Positions 26,657-39,578 are shown, counted from the stretch's first letter. The stretch: 64,000 nucleotides of DNA from Octopus sinensis (GCF_006345805.1 NC_043015.1:52204001-52268000); one strand, 5' to 3'. Translations and numbers: made by a program. The notes: a model not told the origin generated them from the sequence alone.

Positions 26657-26823
26657 TACCAAGAGATTTTAAGATGTATTTCAATGGAATGGTTATAACT
26701 GAATGACAAAAATTTTACAAGTTCAGTTTATGGTGAGCAAACAGCTCTGACACAGATTTATGATCAAAGGTGCTGCAGCTGTAACCACCTAGACTGTTAT
26801 TATTATTTTTATTGTTGCTGTTG

Positions 26824-26885
<62 letters not shown>

Positions 26886-26991
26886 GTCATTATTATTATT
26901 ATTATTTTTATTATTATCATTATTATTATTATCATCATCATCATCATCCTCATCATCATCATCATCATCATCATCATTATTATTATTATTG

Positions 26992-27023
<32 letters not shown>

Positions 27024-27066
27024 GTTTTTTATTATTTTTTATTATTATTATTATTATTCTAAGGTT

Positions 27067-27166
27067 NNNNNNNNNNNNNNNNNNNNNNNNNNNNNNNNNN
27101 NNNNNNNNNNNNNNNNNNNNNNNNNNNNNNNNNNNNNNNNNNNNNNNNNNNNNNNNNNNNNNNNNN
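27067..27166. other. Assembly gap (100 N)
   Basis: A run of exactly 100 N, typical of a placeholder gap of unknown size. Confidence 1.
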
Positions 27167-27619
27167 AAAAAAGACAGATAGAAGGAAGGAAAGAAGTTAA
27201 GAAAGAAGGAAAGAAAGAAAGAAAAATGAAAGAGAGAAAGAACGAAATAAAGAAAAGAGTAAGAAAGAAAGAAAGAAGGAAGGAAAGAAGTTAAGAAAGA
27301 AGGAAGAAAAGAAAGAAAATATAACTTCAGGAAGCAGTGAAGAAAAGACATTAAAGAGAGCAGGAAAGAGAGAAAGGCGGTGAAAGAGCGGGAATGATAG
27401 AGGAGGAAAGAATGCGAGCGGAAAGAAGGCGGCAGAAAAAGGAGATTGTAGAGGTTTAAAAAACGTTTTCTGCCTGGCTGTGGCTAACGACACTCCTCTG
27501 GGGAAGGCGCGCTATTCACACGACGTCTGTGTTTTTGTGTCATGGGTAGGAAAAAAAAAGGATAACATCAGAAACAATCGAGAATAGATGGAACGGTTCT
27601 GAAGATGACATACATATAT

Positions 27620-27988
27620 GTAATGGCCCAGTGGTTAGGGCAGCGGACTCGCGGTCGTGGGATCGCGGTTTCGATTCCAGACAGGGCGTTGTGAGTGTTT
27701 CTTGAGCTAACACATCTAAATCACAACGAAGCTCTCAGGGGCTGGTGGTGACCCTGCTGTACTCGTTCACCGCAATTTCTCTCACTCTTTTCTTCCTTTT
27801 CTGTTGTACTGTATTTCAAAGGGCTAGCCTTGTCACAACTCTGTGTCAACTGAATCTCCCCCGAGAACTATGTTAAGGATACACGTGTCTGTGGAGTGCT
27901 CAGTCACTTACACGTTAATTTCACCAGTAAGCTCTTCCGTTGGTCGGATCAATCTGGAACCCACGTGGTCGTAACCGACAGAGTGCCA
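27620..27988 (+). mobile_element. tRNA-derived SINE, family X head with tail Q
   Basis: Head shared with 1994; tail (CAAAGGGCTAGCCTTGTCAC...CACTTACACGTTAATTTCAC...GTCGTAAC) shared with 19381-19551. Confidence 0.85.
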
Positions 27989-28235
27989 CAATATGTATAG
28001 ATGTCAGTGTGTTCGTGTGTGTGTGCATGTGCCTCTGTGTAGATGCGAGCACGTGTACGTGTGTCAGAATGCATATTAATACATAAACATATATATATAT
28101 ACATGTGTGTTTTTGTGTGTGTATGTATATATATATATGTCTGCTTCTATATACACATATATAAATTTTACCGCGTGTGTATCGTTGGTGATTTTTTCCT
28201 CCGCCTTCCCTTCCTTGGATCTTTCCATTTCCTAT

Positions 28236-28270
28236 ATTTCTGACGAAGAGCTCCGCTCGAAACGTTAAAT
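28236..28270 (+). ncRNA. Minimal type I hammerhead motif (Penelope-type)
   Basis: ATTT-CTGACGA-A-GAGC-TCC-GCTC-GAAA-CGTT-AAAT: 4-bp stem I, 4-bp stem II and an ACGU palindrome in place of stem III. Confidence 0.7.
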
Positions 28271-28700
28271 CCTCCTTTCTTTCCTTTCCTGAGCGTCCAA
28301 TAACACTATACTAGTTCCACGTCCTCGTGTTGTTGTGCTTTCTCTTTGTGTTTTCATATTTGGATTAACTATATATAAATACATATATACATACATACAT
28401 ATATAAATATATATATGGATACACCTATGAATACATCTATACATACGTATATGTGTCTGTGTGTGTGTGGTGATGTATATTGAAACATACATGCATACAT
28501 GCTTATCTATGTATATACGTATGTAGACAATTAGATGTAGATAGATATGTAAAACTGCGTATACATTTTTCATAGTGTTATATATGTTAGGCTAAACACA
28601 CAGAACCATGATTCTAAATTTGATGAAATTTCAAAAGACACATGCATAAACACTTCAAAGAATCGAAAACATACACATAGTCGGACTCTCTCTCTCTCTC

Positions 28701-28743
<43 letters not shown>

Positions 28744-28916
28744 ACATACACACAAACACAAAAACACACACACAAAAGCACGCACACACAAACACGCAAA
28801 CCTACAACACACACACACACGCAGGACAGGCAAATTCGCAAAGATGGATCCAGATATCTTGTATATATTATATGCATATATATATGACATACATTATGCA
28901 TATATATATATATGCC

Positions 28917-28966
<50 letters not shown>

Positions 28967-29066
28967 TATATATTATATATGCGCGCGCCGCGTGTGTGTA
29001 TGTTATGGGTATATATATATATATAGTGTCAGCAAAATAAATAGATAGATAGACAAATAGATAGAG

Positions 29067-29180
<114 letters not shown>

Positions 29181-29475
29181 CAGACTGACAGATAGATACA
29201 TAGATATATTGCTAGATATTCAAGCTGAATATGTTTCTCGTCTCTTTCTCTCTTTCTCTCTCTTTCTCCTTCGTTCCATGTCTCTCTTTTTCTTCTTGCT
29301 TTATAAGCATATATAGAAATCATGCATACATATACATACGTATAGGTACGTATATACGTAAATATGTATATATACAGAGTCTTGTGAATGAATTGTCATC
29401 TAAATTACGCAAAACTGAAAATAACACTGACATCTCATTCTAGAAGGTATATTGACTGAAATTACATTCTCCAAT

Positions 29476-29703
29476 TTATTTACATTATTTGCATTTGACG
29501 GATATTTGTCCTCATCTTGTTTGTTGTTAACACAACGTTTCGGCTAATATACCCTCCAGCCTTCATCAGGTGTCTTGGGAAAATGAAGGCTGGAGGGTAT
29601 ATCAGCCGAAACGTGTTAACAACACATAAAGATGAGGACAAATATCTGTCAAATGTAAATAATGTAAATAATGTACATAATTCCTCATCTCTTAAATATA
29701 GAA
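29476..29703. mobile_element. Fold-back copy of the hammerhead-bearing tail (same family as 20197-20300)
   Basis: Arms 29476-29566 and 29583-29671 are near-perfect reverse complements around a 16-nt spacer. Confidence 0.9.
29529..29574 (-). ncRNA. Intact minimal type I hammerhead motif
   Basis: Minus strand reads GACAC-CTGATGA-A-GGCTG-GAGGGTATAT-TAGCC-GAAA-CGTT-GTGTT; stem I GACAC/GUGUU, stem II 5 bp. Confidence 0.75.
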
Positions 29704-29724
29704 ATGTATTATCCTATTTATTCA

Positions 29725-29944
29725 TTCTTTAATTTGTTTCAATCACTTGAATGCGGCCATGCTGGAGCAAGCCTTTAGTCAAACAAATCGACCGCAAGAC
29801 TTATTCTTTGTAACCCTAGTACTTATTGTATCGGTCCCTTTTGCTGAACCGCTAATTTATGAGGACGTAAACATACCAACATCGGTTGTCAAGTGATGAT
29901 GGGGAACAATACACACACACACACACACATACACACACACACAT

Positions 29945-30001
<57 letters not shown>

Positions 30002-30171
30002 TATATACGACATGTTTCTTTCAGTTTCCGTCTACTAAATCCAATGACAAGGCTTTGGTCGGTCCGAGGCTATAGTAGAAGACACTTGCCAAAGATGCCT
30101 CACAGTAGAACTGAAACCAGAACTACGGGCTTGGGAAGCGCGCTTCTTACCACACGACCACGCCTACACCT
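29725..30171 (-). mobile_element. SINE family A, full length
   Basis: Collinear with the reverse complement of 33838-34244. Confidence 0.9.
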
Positions 30172-30247
30172 ATTTATATGTGTGTGTGTATGCGTGTGTG
30201 TATGTGTGTGTGGTGTGTAGTATGTATGTGCGTATGTATATATATAT

Positions 30248-30640
30248 ACTAGCAGTATCGCCCGGTGTTGCTCGGGTTTGTAAGGGAAATAACTATAAAG
30301 CATTTTTAGAGAGTTATAGCCAAAAAATAGCAAAAAAATGGGAAAAAAAATTATGATAAATCTTTTTTTGAGCGTTAAAAAGGTTTAGTTGCGTCCCCTA
30401 GACAGTCTGTGGTTTGTGTTTCTGATTCTCGACCCCATGTCGAATTTATCGATTTTTTTTTTCAGAACTGGGGAACTTTTCAAAATTTTCGCTGCGTTAG
30501 TTTTGAATTATGACATTGGGCTATGTGTGTGTCAAGTTCATTAGAATCGGTTGAAAGCCGTGGTCAGTGTGAGGGTACAACCTGACAGACACACAGACAC
30601 ACACACAGACAAACTGCCGGTATATAGAGAGAGATATATA
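30248..30640 (+). mobile_element. Non-autonomous Helitron-like (Lep1/DINE-1-like) element
   Basis: Starts ACTAGCAGTATCGCCCGGTGTTGCTCGGG (subterminal hairpin) inside (TA)n and ends in a GACA-like microsatellite and ...GAGATATA. Confidence 0.6.
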
Positions 30641-30676
30641 TATACATGCATATATATTATATATATATATATATAT

Positions 30677-30707
<31 letters not shown>

Positions 30708-30746
30708 GTGTGTGTGTGTGTGTGTGTATAGAGAGTGAGAGAGAGA

Positions 30747-31538
30747 CGGGGTGCGATGGTTAAATTGTCAACATTTAATATTTTTAACTTATTGCATGTG
30801 CATTGTTTATTTTTGATTTTGTTGCCTACACAATAGATGGGACCGCTCGTGAGAAAAGCAACACCATAACGCAATTTACCCTGCCATAAATCTGGAATCG
30901 ACATGTACTGCTTGGCATTCGCGCCGAAAGACCCAATACGAACAGAAGATGGACACATAGAATAACCGTTGACTTGCCGCATTCCCAAAACATATAGTGT
31001 TGGCGATGTTATGCCTCAATTCATCTTCCCACGCTGCCTCAGACTCAACACGGAGGCCTACATCAAGTGCCTGACAGAGGTAGTGCTGCCCTAGGTCAAG
31101 AATGTGGCTGCTGGAAGACCATATATCTGGCAACAGGGCATGACTCTTCACCATGTCACACAGATAATTTCTGCGACCACATCGCCCCTAACATCTGGCC
31201 ACCTAACTCTCTACACTACATCCCAATTGATTATTATGTGTAGGGCTCATTTAAACGAGAGACCAACAAAACTCCTTATAACACCAAAGAAGAACTGAAA
31301 GCAAGTGCTATGGCAGCATTCACCAACTTTCACAAGAAGACCGTCCAGAAGAGTTGCAGGAGATTCCGAAGTCATCTGGAGTCCGTGGTTGAAGCTAATG
31401 GCGATTTTATTGAATAAATTTAATCCTTGATATTTCAAAATATTTTTACGTAATTTTAGTAAATATATATTAATATGAGTTGTCAGCGTTATTTTCTTTT
31501 TTGCGTAATTTAGACGACAATGTATTCGCCACACCCTG
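30747..31538 (+). mobile_element. Internally deleted mariner (maT/DD37D-like) transposon remnant
   Basis: Decayed peptide ...GRPYIWQQ...IWPPNSLHYIPIDYYV*G...RRFRSHLESVVEANGDFIE*. Degenerate TIRs CGGGGTG.../...CACCCTG-TA. Confidence 0.85.
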
Positions 31539-31879
31539 TATGAATATATATATATATATTCACACACAGATATACACCACATTGATGGTGTATGTGTTCT
31601 TAATATGTTTTCTGTATTTACATATATATATATATATATATATAATATATATAGATATATATATAGATATATATATATAGTGTGTTGTGTGTGTGTGTGT
31701 GTGTGTGTATCTGTTGATGGATAGATGGATGGACATGTATTTGTTGTGGAGTTTTAAAGTATGCAGCGCTAGATATACAACAAAGTCTAAATTCCATTTA
31801 ACTTGAAGAGATTGTTCGAGATTATAATTTATCACTGATTTTCTAGCGAATTGTCTAAATTGTACGAGAGTTTACAATA

Positions 31880-33470
31880 ATAAAAGCATGTGAAATACGT
31901 CTTATTGCAAAATCCGTACATTACTTTTAAGGACCATAAGCCCAGTCTTACCGGCATACAGGCAAGAACAATACTCAAACCAACTAAAATTGATATGGAA
32001 ATTATCAGCAACTGTATCCTCGATAAGATATATTCCAAAATCGAAGCAACATCCTATTGTTCCTTTTGGAACATTTCCAGAACAGTCTAAATCAGCACAA
32101 AACAAAGGAAACTGCAAATTTGATATCCAAAGCTATTACCTATTAACTTCATGACCTCTCTTGATTGATGCATTGGATTCGAAAAGACCCTTTCACCTAT
32201 CAGTGATTTGGAAATCGATATAATTATATACTCCAGAGAAAACATATTGTATAACTGTAGCGCTTGGATTCAGAAACACTGAAAAATTCCCGCTTCAACA
32301 AAGAATTTGACGGTGGTGAGCAATATCGTAGAACTAAATAGATCTTCACTGCTTTTAGTCTGTGTTCCCATATAATTACCGATCATGATACGCGGTGAAA
32401 CGCCCTCAAAACGCCCTGAAACCTAAATAAATAGCATATTGATAGATTCAAATCGGGATTTTATATTTTTAACTTTGATTCATTCAACACAGTTATATTT
32501 GTCTGTTCTGACCCCCCAGATAATAAACTCTTTTGAAGCTGCTTTCAACTTCCGAAACTCAAGTTCTCTCGGTGCAGGAAACCAGATGTGTTAAACTGCA
32601 CATATATAATCTCCAATCACTATAACAATATTTAATGTGACTCGGTCCTAAACATTTCACTTTGTAGTTAAGCTTGGTTTCCAATAAAGCTCCGTTCACT
32701 GATGTTTCAAAGTATTACAATATTGAAAACCCATCGGGTAACTTGGATACATAAAAGAACAGAAAATATAATAAGCTCAAACTGAAGACAAATTCAGAAA
32801 TATCACATAATATACCCTTCTTTCAACAAATGCGTTTCTACACACGTAGAAAAAACATTCTTTAAATATTTAAACTTTGGAAAAGAAATTTACTTTGCCG
32901 TATGCAGTACAAAGGTTTTAAGAAAAATATATAAAATTTCCTATTACATTACCCTAAATCTTTTGCATTTCCGTGAATGTGCTATGATTACGACATCAGA
33001 CGCTGTATTTTACTTATTATCCAAAAATGTACAACTTTAATACTGCATACACCGGCTTATATGTCCACTCGTCTAAATTTATCTTTTATCTCAAGTAAAT
33101 GAATGCGACATTGTATTAAAAATCTTATACTGAATTATCTGCTAACCTGTTCAAAACAAGATATAAACAACGAAAGAACACATTCTTAAAGTAAATGACA
33201 AGCAAAACGTTAGCTAGCCTGGTAACATTTCAATGCTTAAAATAAATAACTGAAAGTCAAGTCTTAACCAAACTATAGGCATTCAAACTGAGCCTAAATT
33301 ATTTATATCCACTCCAGGGAAGTACTAAAATTGCCCTTCAACCACCCTCCTTCTTTAGCTGTATGTACAAACAGGTATATACACTAAAATATTTTCAATA
33401 ATATAAGAGAGCGAAGAATTCACCTTCCATATTGCAAGGAATGTATCCACAATGAAAACAAAAGTTCCGT
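31880..33470 (+). pseudogene. Penelope-like element remnant (RT to GIY-YIG)
   Basis: Frameshifted motifs in PLE order: PYITFKDHK...ISNCILDKI...KFDIQSYY...DALD, FDGGE, RNIT.Y...KTFFK...KISY, FKTRYKQ. Boundaries are approximate. Confidence 0.7.
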
Positions 33471-33837
33471 ATGTATGTACGTTTAAAATCACTTGAAGAA
33501 GACAGACTTTTTTTTATCATGAAGTAATTTGTTAATGCATCAATAAAATGCTATGGAAACAGCTGTTGTGAATTATACACACACACAGAGAAATACAAAC
33601 ACACGTACGCATGAGAGAGAGGGGGGGACAGAGAGAGAGGGGGAACAGAAAGAGAGAGAAAGATCACCAACAGTGGATCATGTATCCGAAAAAGAAACAC
33701 ACCTGAAAAGTTTGCGCAGTATTTACGTGACGTAAAACATATGTCCGGTCGTATATATACATACATGCATATACACATGTGCATACACTTGCAAATGCAT
33801 ATACATATTTATGTATAAGAATACAAATATAAATATA

Positions 33838-34244
33838 GGCGCAGGAGTGGCTGTGTGGAAAGTAGCTTGCTAACCAACCACATGTTTCCGGGTTCAGTCC
33901 CACTGCATGGCCTCTTGGGCAAGTGTATTCTGCTATAGCCCCGGGCCGACCAATGCCTTGCGAGTGAATTTGGTAGACGGAAACTGAAAGAAGCCCGTCG
34001 TATATATGTATATATATGTGTGTGTGTATATATGTTTGTGTGTCTGTGTTTGTCCCCCCAACATCGTTTGACAGCCGATGCTGGTGTGTTTACGTCCCCG
34101 TAACTAAGCGGTTCGGCAAAACAGACCGATAGAATAAATACTAGGCTTACAAAGAATAAGTCCCGGGGTCAATCTGCTCGACTAAGGGCGGTGCTCCAGC
34201 ATGGCCACAGTCAAATGACTGAAACAAGTAAAAGAGTAAAAGAG
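33838..34244 (+). mobile_element. SINE family A (OK-like), full-length reference copy
   Basis: GGCGCAGGAGTGGCTGTGTGG...GGGTTCAGTCCCA (pol III boxes), internal (TA)/(TG) microsatellite, tail GTGCTCCAGCATGGCCACAGTCAAATGACTGAAACAAGT(AAAAGAGT). Confidence 0.92.
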
Positions 34245-34397
34245 AATATATATACGTATATAAATTGCATTTGACCCTTTGATGAGGATTTGGTGACCTT
34301 CTGTTCCAGTTTGCTCGTTGTGTATTTATTATATGTTGTTAATGCTATTATTTAATATATATATATATATATCATATATATATCTATATATATACTT

Positions 34398-34444
<47 letters not shown>

Positions 34445-35221
34445 TGCATAATGTAAGCAAACATAGATACATACACGCATATATATACATGTGTATATAT
34501 ATATATGTATATATGTACGACTCTGCTTGTATATCGTACATATGTGAGTGCAAAAAAATAGATAGATAGAGAGACAAACAGACAGACAGACGGATTGATA
34601 AATCTATGATAAGATAATGCGGTCAACGTAAGTAACTATTGTGAATATGTATTCAGTATTTAGTGTTGCGTCTATGAGCGGACTTCAATGTTAAGGTAAT
34701 GGCTGCGACGTCGGTTATTGTGGCGAAAGGCGGGGAAAAAATGGTGTTTCTATTATGTGACTATCACACGTTGGTTGCTGGGCTGCAGTTGGCTCGATTT
34801 ACATTGCTAACTCACCCACCTACACAAAGGAGTGTACAATGTGTCGAGGCCTGTTTGGAGACTGCCAGCACAGTAAAAAAACGATCTCACACATACACAC
34901 ACTAACATATATATATATATACATGCTTCTATTTATTTTACAGCAATATAAGCTTTCAGCCGTTTGTTTGTTTGTAGTTTTCCCCCCGCCATTTTTTTGT
35001 TGTTTTTTCGTTCTCCTGTGTTTAATTTACGCATTAATCTCATTCACAGTTCTTCTGTCATTTATCTTCCTTTCTTTCTCTCTTTCTTTCACTGCTACCC
35101 ACTTTCTGGCTTAACATTTTTCTCTTTGTGAATCTCACTTTCCTGACCCCAGCATGTGTGTATGTATGTATATATATATGTATACATATATGTGTGTGTG
35201 TGTGTGCATATATATATATAT

Positions 35222-35265
<44 letters not shown>

Positions 35266-35573
35266 TAATATATGTATAAATACACACACATGTATGTAGA
35301 TATTTATATGTATATGTATTGTTATATTTCGGTAGGGTCATTTATTTCTTGACTTATGAACACACGCTCTCTGTATTCTTTCTTCACTTCAGCTTTATTA
35401 TTGTTCCTTTTTGTGTCCTTTGCTTAAATGTCTCATCACACATCCTGTGACCTCTTCAGTGACTCTACATTTCCCGTGTTTCCCCTTGCTAGTCGTTGCA
35501 GAAGCCACAGGATGTGTGACGAAAATTTAATACAAAGGTCACAAAAACAAGAATAAACGTGATGAGAACGAAA

Positions 35574-35603
<30 letters not shown>

Positions 35604-35605
<2 letters not shown>

Positions 35606-36165
35606 GACATGCAGGAAGTAAATAGACACCTTTAATTTTCAAAATTCCTGATCTAATCGTCTTAATTGTGTAGAATTTACAACGTAATTATTCTTTTTAA
35701 TTCCAAGTGCCATTATATTAAACATTTGCGAAGAGTAACCACGCCACGCACAAAAAAATCAGCAGAACTGTCAGATTTTCAAAGAGGTCGTATTGTTGGG
35801 CAATCTGAGGCTGGTATTAGCCAACGAAAAATTGCCGAAAATCTTCAAATTCCTCTTGCTACTGTTAATAAAATTATAGTGCAGTTCAAAAGCCAAGGAA
35901 AAAAATCAACAGATTCTCGTCCCGGCTGACCTGGTCCCTCGGAAAGGAAGCTTCGCTGTTAGAAGAGAATTGTGGAAAACGAACCCCGTTCAAAGGCTTC
36001 TAGCATTGCAAACAGCTAGAAGTTAGTCCAAGAACGTATGTTACATATTTGCATAAGCTTGGGTATTATCGACGAGCCGCAAGAAGAAAATCTCTCCTTC
36101 AACCAATTAATATCAAATTAAAGATTTTGAAATTTAATGGTGTCTATTTACTTCCTGAATGTCTG
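35604..36165 (+). mobile_element. Internally deleted Tc1-like transposon
   Basis: 27-bp TIRs CAGACATKCAGGAAGTAAATAGACACC (26/27 match) with TA on both sides. N-terminal [15 protein letters not shown]...[22 protein letters not shown]; no DDE domain. Confidence 0.92.
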
Positions 36166-36218
36166 TATGTACACACACATACATACACACACACACACAC
36201 ACCACACACACACACACA

Positions 36219-36281
<63 letters not shown>

Positions 36282-36301
36282 TATATATAATATATATATA
36301 T

Positions 36302-36696
36302 CGTGAAGTATATTTGCCACTTAAATGTGGCTAAACCCTAAGAGTGGATGCTACTGTAGCTTGTAGCCCCAGGAAGACAACTCCTCCAGCTGGCTATTGA
36401 CACACTTTCTGTGCCCTATCTGTATTTGCAAAGGGAAGCCATTCTTTCCTTCTTCAACCTATGATACATATGGACTCGAGTTTCTGAGTATTGACCCGTC
36501 ATCAGCGTGAGACACTCACCGGTTGTCGATGAAATGTAGGTCCCTTTGGAAATATATATCATTTTTCCAGTGACGAAAAGTAACTGATATTGAAAAAGGG
36601 TAAACAAGCAATAATAAATCTCTGAGCGAGGTATAGACAGTAGCTGCACGACACCGTGAAGTATATTAAATGTGGCTAACCCTATGGGTTGATGCT
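36302..36696 (-). mobile_element. Retrozyme-like monomer (353-bp period, about 1.1 copies)
   Basis: CGTGAAGTATATT...AAATGTGGCTAA recurs at 36302 and 36655. Homologous throughout to 44985-45325; hammerhead on the minus strand. Confidence 0.7.
36466..36510 (-). ncRNA. Type I hammerhead ribozyme motif, intact core, GUC site
   Basis: Minus strand reads CTGATGA-CGGGTCAATACTCA-GAAA-CTCGAG-TC; ACUCGAGU palindromic stem III; stem I is weak in this copy. Confidence 0.7.
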
Positions 36697-36780
36697 CGGA
36701 AAATAAGAGGTGCTACCTTGGTTCACTGGTAGTCAACAGCTGACACCGTAGTACATCTCCATCGTTAGGTGTGCAAAGGC
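36695..36780 (+). mobile_element. Dong/R4-type LINE 3' UTR followed by (AAT)n
   Basis: Aligns with 61035-61123 and ends GTGCAAAGGC(AAT)n. Confidence 0.8.
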
Positions 36781-36903
<123 letters not shown>

Positions 36904-37109
36904 TACAAAATTAGAATAATAAAAGGAAAATAGAAATTTAGATAACCTGAATTTGTTTTCATAATTCCAGACGGGCCATTAAAATGTGATTCATTAATGA
37001 AATTGGAGCTGATTTCACGGCCTCCTTCTTAATTACATGTTTTTTTCTGTGAGAATCATCTAGGTGTTAAAGGAAGAATTCGATTCAAATATTCTACAAA
37101 GGAATCTGA

Positions 37110-37158
37110 AATATTATTATTTTGTGGTTATACATCATCACCGTCATCATCATCAGTG

Positions 37159-37193
<35 letters not shown>

Positions 37194-37194
37194 G

Positions 37195-37230
<36 letters not shown>

Positions 37231-37335
37231 ACTTCATCATTATTATCATCATCATCATCAGCATCTTCATCATCACTTCATCATCTTCATCATCATCTTC
37301 ATCATCATCTCATCATCTTCATCATCATCATCTTC

Positions 37336-37373
<38 letters not shown>

Positions 37374-37711
37374 TTCATATCATCATCATCATCATCATCA
37401 TCTTCATCATCATCATCTCCATCATCATCATCATCATCATCATCTTCATCATCATCATCATCATCATCATCTCATCATCATCAACTTCATCATTATTATC
37501 ATCATCATCATCTTCATCATCATCTTCATCATCATCTTCATCATCATCTTCATCATCATCATCATCATCTTCATCATCATCATCATCTTCATCATTATCA
37601 TCATCATCATCTTCATCATCATCATCTCCATCATCATCATCATCATCATCTTCATCATCAATAATATTATTATTTTGTGGTTATACATCATCACCGTCAT
37701 CATCATCAGTG

Positions 37712-37743
<32 letters not shown>

Positions 37744-37744
37744 G

Positions 37745-37796
<52 letters not shown>

Positions 37797-38177
37797 TCAT
37801 CATCATCAACTTCATCATTATTATCATCATCATCATCTTCATCATCATCTTCATCATCATCTTCATCATCATCTTCATCATCATCATCATCATCTTCATC
37901 ATCATCATCTTCATCATTATCATCATCATCATCATCTTCATCATCATCTTCATCATCTTCATCATCATCTTCATCATCATCATCATCATCTCATCATCAT
38001 CATCTTCATCATTATCATCATGATCATCTCATCATCATCTTCATCATCATCATCATCTTCATCATCATCATCATCATCATCATCATCTTCATCATCATCA
38101 TCTCCATCATCATCATCATCATCATCTTCATCATCATCATCATCATCATCATCTTCATCAACTTCATCATCATTATC

Positions 38178-38209
<32 letters not shown>

Positions 38210-38220
38210 TTTTTGGTTAT
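37110..38220. repeat. (CAT)n array with a higher-order unit of about 540-553 bp
   Basis: Unique spacer ATTATTATTTTGTGGTTATACATCATCACCGTCATCATCATCAGTGTC at about 37112 and 37665; GGTTAT variant at about 38215. Confidence 0.9.
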
Positions 38221-39137
38221 ATGGTTATTATTCCGTCAAAAGTGATTACTGTTTCTATTCAGTTTCTTTAAAAATTCAGAATTTAAATGTCAGATACTTT
38301 AAATGGAATTCTCTCGTAAATTTAAAATATTTCATCTTCTATTTTCCCTCAGTTTTTATCCCCAAGTAGCAAATACCGCAGCAAAAAAATAAATAAAAGC
38401 AAATAAGAATTATCCAAAAAGAAAAAGGAAAGGATATCGAATGCGTTAATATTCGTGTGCTTCATCGCTTTGGAATTTTTTCCTTTTTAATTTTTCCATT
38501 ACAAATAAATTTTTCGACAGAATTACCTCCCTTAGACGCACAAACAATGTCACACTCAATTCATTTAGTTGTATCTTCTGTACAATCAACGGTCGAACCA
38601 CATCGGCATGATAGACGAGTATTTTAAACACAGGCGGAAGAGTTTATTATATATGTACGGTCCTAATAATCTGACTGGTTTACATTTGATTCACGTTTGT
38701 AGCTATTACCTACTTCTGCCATTCTTTTTTGAGAACAAATTAATTGTTACGTGTACTATTCACGCATAACTGATTACAACTGATTACAACTGATTACAAC
38801 AACATGTCCTTTCCTTGGTAAACATAACACTGTGTGATGTAAAGTATACTCGGCTTTCTAGTCATTTGCTTATCCGAATTCAAGGAATAAAATGCAGCAA
38901 GTATTCTCAAAAAATATTATAAATATGCCAGTCCACTGCTTGAACCTCGTAGTACATATTCAAAAAAAGAAATTGGCAGAATGGTTGCAGCGGCTGAGGA
39001 AATACCATCTGGTATTTCTTCCTGTGCCCTGGGTTTCGATTTCTATTCTCATCGAAACCATGTTTGCTTTTTCATCATTTTAGAGTCGATAGACTAAGTA
39101 TCAGACAAATAAGGAAGTCCATCTATCTTGTCCCTTT

Positions 39138-39208
<71 letters not shown>

Positions 39209-39215
39209 TATTGTA

Positions 39216-39578
39216 TTCTTTTACTTGTTTCAGTCATTTGACTGCGGCTATGCTGGACCACTGCCTTTAGTCAAACTAATCGACCTGAAGACTTATTTTT
39301 TATAACCCTAGTGCTTATTCTATCGGTCTCTTTTATCGAACAGCTAGAATACGGGGAAGTAAACACACCAGCATCAGTTGTCAAGTGATGGCAAGGCGGG
39401 GGACAATCACAGACACATGAACATATATATATACATACATACGGCGGGCTTCTTTCAGTTTCCGTCTAGCAAATCCAGTCACTCGAGGCTATAGTAGAAG
39501 ACATTTGTCCCAGGTGCCACGAGGTTGGATTGAACCCGAAACAATGTGATTGGGAAGCAAGCTTTTTACCACACTGCC
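39216..39578 (-). mobile_element. SINE family A, near full length
   Basis: Collinear with the reverse complement of 33838-34244. Confidence 0.9.
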
